A DNA stretch of 58,823 nt, counting the filler, from Sphacelaria rigidula (lineage: Eukaryota), in assembly GCA_964200075.2 (NCBI GenBank). It is 9 parts of 9 records of this genome, joined end to end, with 100 filler letters (N's around TTAATTAATTAA, not from the genome) between each part and the next. Parts side by side here need not be neighbours in the genome. Positions count along the whole stretch, not along the records: positions 45,830 to 52,276 come from CAXNAA020020017.1; positions 52,377 to 58,823 come from CAXNAA020020018.1; 7 more parts are not named here. One strand, written 5' to 3'. Positions 49,301-58,823 of the stretch are shown piece after piece; within the stretch, counting starts at the first letter, position 1; the number at the start of each line of letters is the position of its first letter. The notes below the pieces were generated by a model that saw only the letters and a list, made by a program, of their open reading frames with translations, had not been told where the DNA came from and did no database searches. A program made the position numbers and the translations under genes.

Positions 49301-50453
49301 ACTTTGGATGTTGCACATTCAACACCGCCTCACTGCGAATCACCGGTTACAAGATGGATGCAGCTTATGACAGGCCAAGAGGTGAACAGGGACACTTCGC
49401 CTGAAACAAAACTCTAGTAAAAGATGGACATGAACCGAAGACAGGGTACTGCTTGTGGGCGAAACATAATGAAAATACGAAGAATGCAAAATCGTGCGAT
49501 GATTAAAATCTATATTCGTCGCACACAACCCCATCAACTCATCAAGATATATATATATATATATAGTGTTCACATCGTTTTTTTCTCGTCCTACTAATAA
49601 TCCGCCGCGCGCCCGACTCTCGAGACGAGTCGCCGCCGCGCCCCGGTGGTGTAATGATCCGACTGTCGCCATTAGGGCGGTGAGAAAGGACAAGGGCTAG
49701 ATTCCCGATGTGTTGGGTTTGTTCTTCGCAATGTCTGATATCCACCGTGGAAAGCGTGATAACGTGAGTAAACAAAGTAATCGACTGAGTTTGTTTGACG
49801 TAAGTTGACGCGGTGCAGGAGTACTGATAGTCATGACCCAATCCGCGAGACCAAAATGCAAGTCGTGTACCGGGGGAGAGATGGGTTGATCTCTCAAGAC
49901 CACAGACTCGTCCCGTGGAAGGGGAGAGGTTCAAAGTGCGACAAATAATGAATAATAATCATAATAATGATGAGTCTGAAATATCGAGGTATTAGAGAGT
50001 TTAAAAAAAACAAGAATAGGCCAGAAAAACTCAGGGATAATTATATTTCGATTGAGTTTTAGTAAGAAGACGCAAATTATTCCCGAGTTCTTTGCTCTAG
50101 AAATTGTTTTCCGAAACTTTCCGTTGAGACGTCTCCCTCCCCGTATCTGGCTCCTCCCCGCCCCGATTTTGCGTATTTCTGTTCTTTGTTCTCTGTTTTC
50201 TGTTTTTCTGTGCGTTGGCCAACAGCAAGCTGTTCCCCAGTCGCAAACAGAGCCGAGAGAAGAGGAAGGTGTGGTTGGCAGATCCACTTCACGCAATCGA
50301 CGCTCGAAGAGCCAAAAGGGCGACCAAGACGGGTCAGGTGGAACCGCCGCCGCCTCGACCGCTGCTGCTGCTGCTGCTGCGGCTCCCATGGCCTCGAAAC
50401 AGGCGGCGGAGGTGCCCGCGAAGCCGAAAGACGAGGACGAACAGATCGAGGAG
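46303..50453 (+). CDS. Histidine acid phosphatase (branch 2, His_Phos_2-like), partial; exons 46303-46421, 48830-48992, 50226-50453
   Basis: After a polypyrimidine tract and cag, the exon encodes VTIRHGDRSAIHALPGAPTEYWKCQP, containing the catalytic RHGxR motif. Its phase-2 donor fits the acceptor at 48830 (R-WSDGALGE...), followed by a phase-0 join to QAVPQSQTEP...EDEQIEE. Confidence 0.75.
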
Positions 50454-53400
50454 GTGATGGATGAATATAGTAATATGTACAATTCGAACTCATACAGAGA
50501 AGTAAACTCCAACATACAGCATATACATATATATATATATCCCCAGTTGATGTGCCTGAAAAAACGGTGATTCTGACGCGTTTTTTCCCAATTCTGCACA
50601 TATCGTCTGAAATTGTACCTTTTGGGGGGGGGAAAACGTGAAGGTATGTAATACATTTTCTACTCTGAAGCCCCCTCTAGATATATCCAGATCAGGTAGT
50701 TTTGGTATGGTCTTGGTTTTACTTCATCGGACGTGTAGCTCCTCCATTTCTTCCGGATGAATCTGCAGTCTCATGGGATGAAGCCGTTAACCCCTCGGGA
50801 ACTGTCGATGGAAAATTGACGATTCACATTTGACGTTTTTTTGGGCAAGAAATGGTCGTTTTTCTACAGCCTTTGAGCGAACGATTCGCCCAAAGCGTGT
50901 TTTTCAGATCCGTGCGAATGGAACGTTGAACAAATTAAGGTTCGAAGTAAGGTTCGAAGGTTCTCTGTTTTACGGGTATGGCGAAATTGTCGACCCGCCG
51001 GTGTTTTCCAACCCCGGCGAGAAAGCAGGGTTGACGTTTCGTGGAGCAATCTTCACGCCGCACCTGCAGTAGATGCCTCGCACCGCATCATAGCAAGCCT
51101 ACTCCTAAGTTGCAATAACAAAGGCGAAACCGATGGCACATGTACCCCATTTATGCCCCCGTCTACTGTCTGTATCGCAGACAGTCACCGTCAGGCCTTG
51201 TGGCAATGTGTTCACCTATTCCTCTGTACTGCGCGTGATGACGATATTTTCAGCTTGTGTCAAGTGTAACTCATGTCATGTACGCTACTGTACTCGGTCG
51301 TACGCGTTTATACCGCACCATACTGTGATTTGATCATTCCATAACGGCGTCGAGGATGTATTGTATCCCGCCGTTATACATACTCCTGGTGCAGCGTAGG
51401 CGGGGGCCGTTGTTGTTGTTGTTGTCTTCACATTAAAAACCGTTCCGATATCTGCGCGGTACATTAGTACTGGGCATCTTATGCGGACGCCTTCCCTGGT
51501 CACAGGCTAGCAGAAGAAACCAACATAAAATAAAATAGATCCAGAGTGAAGAAACTCACAAAACGCGATACAAGCAAACCAGAATGAATAAGAAAGAAGA
51601 AAGGGAGTACATACTGCCAACCTCAGAAAATCCGGTGCCGCAGGTGGATTACTTCGGCGTATCCGATACAGGCTGTCACTTTGTAGGCTGTGATCTTACG
51701 GTACATCTCATCCTGTGCTTTGTGCTGTACGTTCCCACGACACCACCTCTATACTGTGGGTTGGTCATGCCTGAACGTTGCACAGCCGTACTTTGTGCTG
51801 CGTGAGATCTATTAGTCCGACTGGCGCTACCGCGTTCGGACTGTCTGTCCTCGTGGGTGGCGTTGGGGTTTCATGCAATGATATTGCATACCTTCTGTCT
51901 TCTGGCGTGGAAGATCGTAACATCGTTATTCAGTTATATTGGACTGTAGTGAAGTGTCATTACTGACTTTAGTTGTACTTGGATTGTGCTGGTCGCGAAA
52001 GGCTGTCCCAGTCGGTTGTCGACCGTTTGCTAGTATATCGCCTGTCTGGACGCTTGCTTGCAATCACGTCCGCCTGGTGTCCCTTACATATTTCTGCGTG
52101 CCTGGCAGCGACTTCACTTGCCGCAGTTACTGTATTGACGTTTGGTGGGCGAGCGGGGGGGGGCGGTGTGCGCCGGAGGGCAATGGGCTGCCCCAACCGC
52201 TCTTGCAGCTTTTTCAGCGAAACGCCGAATTGCATAGATGCCTGGTTCATCAGGCTCTGTTAACCTACAAGCGGGGNNNNNNNNNNNNNNNNNNNNNNNN
52301 NNNNNNNNNNNNNNNNNNNNTTAATTAATTAANNNNNNNNNNNNNNNNNNNNNNNNNNNNNNNNNNNNNNNNNNNNGGTGGTTGGGTTGCGGTGCGGTGG
52401 TCTGCCGATCCCCCGGGGGCTGGGGCCGGTTGGGGGGGGGGGGGGGGGGGGGGGGCTATCGTAGCAAGACTCTTATCAAGATCGAATTAAGATAACACGT
52501 GTTCTAGTTGTACGCACCCTTCTTGGCTGTACCGCGACGCATCGCTAGTTTTGAGCCGTTGTCGGTGGAGATGGCGCCTGTTTTAGGCACGTACACGGAA
52601 TTTGCGTGCGCCCCTCTTCGTAAGAGCTTCCGAGTTATTACACAGAGTGAAAGAGGAACGAGCACCGGGGGATAGGGTCAGCTTGGCGTGTCTACGGTTT
52701 CCCGCCTCTTGTTTTTTTTTGCCGGGACCGTGATTTTGTGGAATATGTGTTTATTCTTGCTTGTTCAATCATGGCAAAAAGACGGTAAAAGCGGCCGATC
52801 CGTATTCCACCCGTCGAAGGGTTACGGTGCAGCCTGAGAAAATAGCTCGTTGTGTAGAAATCTCACGCCGTGGATACCTACGGCGCTGTACAGCGTGGAT
52901 GAACGACCTCGAAGATCGGTGAAAAAGCTCATTTTCCGTCCTATCCGCGTACCAGAAATCTGACTTGACCGAAAAGCTCTCATCTACACAGGTCACAATC
53001 GGCCGTTAGACAAAGCGCTCCCATAAGACCGCACCAGAGCCAGTCGGGAACACAGGTTATATACGTGAAACGGGTATGGGTACACACCGCCGGTCAGGGG
53101 AATAGCGTCGCTTTTGGCATGTTTTGTTTATGAAAGGAGGGAACCTTACCCAACCCTTACCCCGCAAGTGGGCTCCTGTGCCGATTACCCGGAGGCTCGG
53201 CTAGACTTCCTGACCGCGGTCATCTGGGTAGTCGCCTCGATCGTTCGCGAGCTTTGCTCAAGGCAACGTGGGGTTCCGACCTACGAAACTCCCCCCTCAT
53301 TAACTCGGCGCAGTACACGCGCTACACTACTCTTAAAAGCTTCGGCCTTGAGGCTTTTGACGTGATGTGCATGACACGCGACCCCGATCACAAGCGTTGC

Positions 53401-53465
53401 CGCGTTGATGTTATGCTTCGAAACTCGACCCTGCCCATGTTTTAGATGGTGCCGAATATACTCAC

Positions 53466-55182
53466 GTGTATGACCTCCACGGTGTCACAGTCGTCGACTG
53501 CCTTGAACAGCGCTGGCGTCAGCGCCTGCCAGTCGTCCGACGACGCCAACTGAAGGAATAGCAGGTGCAGTCGAACAGGGTGCGACATTCCTGTGAACAT
53601 CAAGCGAAACGGGCTACCTGTCACAGCTTTCTGCCCTCACCTCACGTATATTGTTCACCAAAGTAACCCATGGTTATTTACGGCGACAACAGAGCGCAGG
53701 ATTCTTTCTGTCCGCGCGCCTTCATCAAGCTAGTCCCAAAGTCTCAAGTGAAGACGGATTTTCACCCTAGCCGCTCAAGGCAGAAGCGTGATATCGTTCC
53801 CAGGATCAAACCCTCTCGTTGTATGTTTGCTAGTTGATGTATTTGCAGGGGCTGGTGTCATCTAACAACATGCACGAGGGTATGTAGCAGCACTCGTAGA
53901 CAGTGAAGGAATACGATATTGTACACCCAGGGATTTACTCAGTTGTCTCAGCTCCTGACGGCTCAGACACCGAAGAAGGGGACAGCTGAAGACGTATTAG
54001 ACGCGGGATGAAGTCTTGAGTTAATCCTCTAGTGTACGGTTGAAAATCCCTAGGACGGCGAGCGAGTGCCACCGTGGGGGTTCGTGCGAAAGACCTGCTA
54101 TTCGACCCCAAGAAATGCAAAGTAATATCTCCACGAATCTATAGATCTTCAACGTATATATCGTATCATTGAACTCTTATAAATCCACGCCATCCAACAC
54201 GATAGCGACCAGCGACATACTTGTCTTCCGAACGTTACAGCTCGGCTAACAGTTGATCCAGATGCCGCTCAAATATTCGCCTGAGATATACATTGCTCGT
54301 ACCCGCTGGTGATACCAGAAACAATTCAGCAACTGCAATTTCTATCACATAACAAAACTTAGAGCGTCATTGTCTGAGTGATGCTACGGTAGGGGTGCAC
54401 AAATATTTTCTGAGGTTAGAATTGTTAGGAGCCCTTTATCTCATGCGAAACACGACCTATGAAAATATGTGAAAGTACGGCAGGATTACCTTTCTATCCC
54501 GAATAGATTTTTAAACGGGAATATCCTGATCAATATTTTCGTGCATCTAGAATCGTTAGGAGCCCCTGAACTAGACATAATTTCGCGAAAAAAGTGCACC
54601 CCTACCGTAGCATTGCTCGTCTATGGTGAAGATTTTTCTCTTCTTTGCCGATGCTTTATTTCGAAAAAAGCGAATCTAAATGGAAGCGAGCGTCTTCCTT
54701 ATCCTTCTTCATGAAAAGGCCACATGATGGCAGCACGGTGTACTGTCAGCAATTTCCGGGCGGTTCGGTTACGTGTTCAGTCAAAGATGTCCCAACGACC
54801 ACTTGTCAGATCTCTTCAGAGCTCGTTGGTTATGATGGCATGTTAGTAAGCCTGGGAACTCGTGCGTAACACATCTCTTGCAAACATCACATACCTTGTC
54901 GTCGGGCTTGCCATGGCTGAAAGCACGATTCTCGAACCGCATTGCACCACCACCACTACTGTTGTTGCCACCCCCACCGTTGCTACCGCTGCCGTTCGCT
55001 TCCATCAGCTTTCCGCCCCCTGGGGACAGCACTCGCGGCGACAGCATTGCACTCCCAACACCGCCGGCAATGCCGCTCGATTTAGATTCAGTACTGACGT
55101 TGGAAGACGTGCCGCCGTCTCCTAGTATCCACCACGATGTATTTTGCTGCATGCTTGAACTTTTGACGATGTCTTTGAGTAA
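53466..55182 (-). CDS. Two probable internal exons of an unknown protein (55182-54895 and 53549-53466)
   Basis: cag|LLKDIVKSSSMQQNTSWWILG...HGKPDDK|gtatgt and cag|LASSDDWQALTPALFKAVDDCDTVEVIH|gtgagt are both phase 0-0 with coding-like composition. No family was recognised. Confidence 0.55.
54376..54618. mobile_element. 243-bp MITE with GAG...CTC termini and 4-bp TSD (GTCT), Sola-like; a second copy starts at 58721 and is cut by the contig end
   Basis: TIRs gagtgatgctacggtaggggtgcac and gtgcacccctaccgtagcattgctc. GTCT lies at 54372-54375 and 54619-54622. 58721-58823 closely matches 54376-54478. Confidence 0.88.
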
Positions 55183-55699
55183 CTGCGGGGTATGGGAGTG
55201 TAAAGCGAGCATGAAGAAAGGCTGGTCAGTTAGTCTAAACATTAAGCGTTTTCCCCACATATTCCCGAAATTTCATGTATCTTTCGTTTTGGCGACTGTT
55301 GCGAGCTGCTATCAAGATGAGAAGGAATCACATGAGAAAGTGTAGATCACGCAAGTGAACGCCTGGGAGGGACGTGGATCGTGTTTGATTTCGGTCTCTG
55401 CTCCCGCCCGCACCCCTCACGCCCTGCTTTCCACGGTTACAACAATGAATGAAAGACAAGCGTCGCCAAAACGGAAACAACAGATAGTCAAATCAAGGTC
55501 AGGATGAACAGCACTACTGCTAGCACGTGTGCATGCATTGCCCTATACCTATCCTGCTTCGGAGTGTGGTACGAAGTAGCGCGTCCACACGGTTAACCTC
55601 AACGGTTTTCACATATACCGCTGTCTTTGACTGAGACTTGTCTTCACCGCGTTCCGCACCTACCGAATGCACTACAAGTCGCTACAAGCACGGTGATGT

Positions 55700-58100
55700 G
55701 TTCGACCTGGCCGGCTGGGATGATGCCTTTGTCAATGTAGTTCTTCGTGAACCGATCCCACGTAGAGAAGGGCAGCGAAGCAGTTAATGATAGGGAGTGA
55801 GCTTCGTTCCGAGCAAGCCTTCCTGTAGCGAATGACCACGCCTTGAAAATGTTCTGCATCGTGTGCTGTGCCTCGATTCTAGTGTACTGGTACAGCAACC
55901 ACCTCCACCGTCGCCTCTTCTTTGTGTATCTGCACCAATGCCGAATCGAGCAAGCAGCGGGTATCGGCGGACAGTGGTCCCACCTTAGTGCGGTCTCTCA
56001 AGGTGCGGGGTCCCGCTATGAGACGGTGGAAATAGCTGGTCAAATGCACGACCCAGTACAGTGTACTGCTGCACATCCAAGTAGAGTATTCTGTACTGGG
56101 CACAGTACGAGGTCCCTTCATAGTGCGGCCATGTCGGGCTAGCAATCGGCCGCATTACAGGGGAATCCCCTGTATATGGTGAGAGCTGGTTCTTCGTCGG
56201 CGCCGGGGGTACGCGATGGCCATTGTTTTCCGCGAGGGTGGTTTAAAATTCGCAGTACAGGCAAGTGCCCGTTAAAACAGCCCCCGGAGTAGTTTAAAAC
56301 CTCTCGACCTTGAAAAAGTATACATTTCGACAAGCATGTTTCTCTGAGGTTACCGCGATATCGGGGAACGGGAGCGGGGGGGGTGGAAGGGAGGGGTGCT
56401 CACCTTCGACGGGTAGTGTTGTAATGCGTGAGAGGACGGCGTGCTTAGAGGACCACGCCGTAGTTCAAAACACCGCAGGATCGATGTTTTTCAAAACCAA
56501 TGGGGCCAGTCCCTGCAGGTACCACGCCCCTGACCATAACCCCAACTCTAACCCTAACCCTAACCCTAATCATGGGGATGTTCAAATTCCGATGCGGTCC
56601 TCTAAGCACGCGGTCCTCTCACGCATTACAGTGTGACTGCCGTTTTGACGCAGCCTCGTAGTCCAAAACTCAAGAGGTGACTGAACATCAACCTCCCGCT
56701 TAAAGCACCCATTCTACGTACTGTTTCCCTGTTGGAATAATCAAAGTGCTATTTGTAGTCAAGTCAAAGATAGTCTTGGACCGTGGATGCAGACAACGAG
56801 TGGGCGCCGAGTGGCGTGTTGTGGGGTGAAGAGGTGGTCCAAAAATTGTTCTAGGACGATGAATTGAGTTCGTGTCATCTGGTATAGAGCTGTGAATCCG
56901 GACCGGTATTGCCTCCAGGGCAACAAGTACTTTGTGTCTCATAACAAATTGATTCAATGGTCTTGCATGAAGACCATTCTTCCGAATGATTTCGTTGAGA
57001 TCGTCAGGGAAGACTGTAAGTCCTTACTCGTGCAGGATTTCTCGGAAACGTTAGCGCGTTACTCGCGGTCGGGTATTCAAAGCCACGCGTACAACCCAAG
57101 TATATCCGGCGTTCGATATGTACCTGATCCAGGCCTGCCACGCTTGTACCGTATACAGTTGAGCCATCCTTTCCGTGACCATGTAGCACACGGAGAGCCC
57201 GCCCAGACACTTGCGCCTGACGAGTATCTTTGATGTGCAGTACGCTGCCATGATCTGCCAGGGAGGCATGTACCAACAAAAACATCGTTTTCGAGTGCTG
57301 AAACCCAAGCTGACGACAAATGCGTGAGACTCATATCGCAGATTGTCGTGGCAACAGTTGGGGCGTCATATGAACGGATCTCATCAAGCTGATTCCGTAT
57401 TCTCTGGTACATAGCTACTTGTTGCTTGTTGCACCGACAGCTGTGACGAATATCGAGAATCTTGCCGCAAATGGAGTTGCCCCATACTCCATGGTTCATC
57501 CATGGGTGCGAACATTTTCCCGTCGGCTGAGTAGTTCTCCAGCAAACAGCCACCTCTACACCAGCGGGATCTTGTGCCACCGTGCGTGACAATTCGTGCA
57601 CGCGCTACATCAAGGCTCGCACAGCTCGCTTGCAGGGTGTGCAGAAACGTTTGCTCGGTATGTCGCGAAGCAGTCTTCGTCTGTAATCACCATGCATAGG
57701 GTACAGACGCAAGCGTAGGCGAGGTTTCCCTCCTTCCGAATACCTTTGTCTTGCATCGACTGGCTTTGCTACCTTTCTGTCCCTGGTGTACGCTACCATC
57801 TCCTTCACCACCAGATCTAGTCGTAGCAGCCTCATGCGAGCTTCCTGTTCACGAGAAATTCGATTCGGATTCGGCAGCGCGTGACATCATATTTTTCTTG
57901 CGCGGGCACAAGAAGCATTCCGTTACATAACGCGGTAGCGAAACACTGGGTCTGCCAGAAACTATACTGCGAAGGTGGAAGTTCGGGACTGATTCCTTCA
58001 TGTATGGCAATGATGCAAAGGGCTGAATGCATTTAAACATTACTAATACCAGGTAAGCCCATACACTCTCCGAAACCGGATGATAAGTGATGGTTGTAAG
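55700..58100 (-). pseudogene. Possible highly decayed non-LTR retrotransposon (L1/Tx1-like) ORF2 relic
   Basis: The fragment KILVRRKCLGGLSV...QAWQAWIRYI...W resembles the post-RT 'PK..GGLG...A..AKW..R' motif. The region has many stops and no intact RT core motif was seen. Confidence 0.3.
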
Positions 58101-58823
58101 TTAAGCACCGATAGTGTGGGTCATGTCTTCACGCTTCTTTGGCTGAGTGATGCTGTTTTCCCTCTCACTAGAGGTTTACGGAGAATATAAACTCTGAGTT
58201 GTCGGGAGCACACAGTATGCGATGCATCAGCAATAAAGCGGGGCCAAACGTTTCGCGAAAGTAGCGATTGAGTGAAGCTCTGACACAATTAATTGTCGAA
58301 TGTCACCGATTTCTCGTATTATTTTGTGATTGGCCCTACCACAGGGGAAGGGCGTTTCCGTACGAGGAAATAAAAAAGGATTGAAAACAAGATTGGCGCG
58401 GTGGGTTCATGAACCGCGCCCGTAATAGACAAAACACGCGACAGGCAAGCAGCACTTAACACGGGATCTTACATATTGGGGATGGATTTTTATTGGGGAT
58501 GAGAAACCCGGAGAATCAATATTATCGTCGTATCCACACCAAATCTTCGAAATATGGTTCCATTCCTTCACCTACTGATAGCTATTGACAACTGCTACAC
58601 ACCATAGAAACTTGGGCTTCGATCACCAAAATGTTGAGGTCCTAGGTAAAAAAACAATTTTTGGGATTTTCGGATGTCCGAACGGACGCCAAAATGGCTC
58701 CGAGATTGGTTTTTCACCTAGAGTGATGCTACGGTAGGGGTGCAGAAATATTTTCTGAGGTCGAAATTGTTAGGAGCCCTTTATCTCATGCAAAATACGA
58801 CCTATGAAAATATGTGAAAGTAC

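Noticed and set aside
49931..50656. 241-aa minus-strand ORF
   Set aside because: It is the antisense shadow of exon 50226-50453 plus intronic low-complexity sequence.
1..58823. Endogenous giant-virus segment, Fanzor/TnpB or bacterial contamination
   Set aside because: I recognised no long intronless gene-dense region, viral core motifs or RuvC-like ORF, and all contigs share the host repeat families.

Overview
Eukaryotic, intron-rich and repeat-rich DNA. The long GT-AG introns, gene style and WVDD-type Gypsy element suggest a stramenopile, most likely a brown alga (inference, not proven). The window is not one locus. It is nine contigs of exactly 6447 bp each, joined by 100-bp N44-TTAATTAATTAA-N44 spacers, so neighbourhood across spacers is meaningless. 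Partial spliced genes recovered by hand: an L-type lectin first exon, a TKL/Raf-like Ser/Thr kinase (4 exons), an RGG-rich last exon, an RCC1-like repeat type I membrane protein (5 exons), a Cys-rich mucin-like putative GPI-anchored protein, a histidine acid phosphatase whose RHGDRS exon is absent from the ORF track, and two exons of an unknown protein. The rest is transposon-derived: a decayed chromodomain-bearing Ty3/Gypsy element, a tRNA-derived SINE family, several MITE families (TA-, TNA-, TTAA- and 4-bp-TSD types), a ~1.7-kb foldback, CCCTAA-capped repeats and a possible LINE relic. I found no prokaryote-type novel system (CRISPR, defence island, viral core genes). The most interesting signals are unusual non-autonomous elements and a coding-like tandem repeat lying in frame behind a stop codon.
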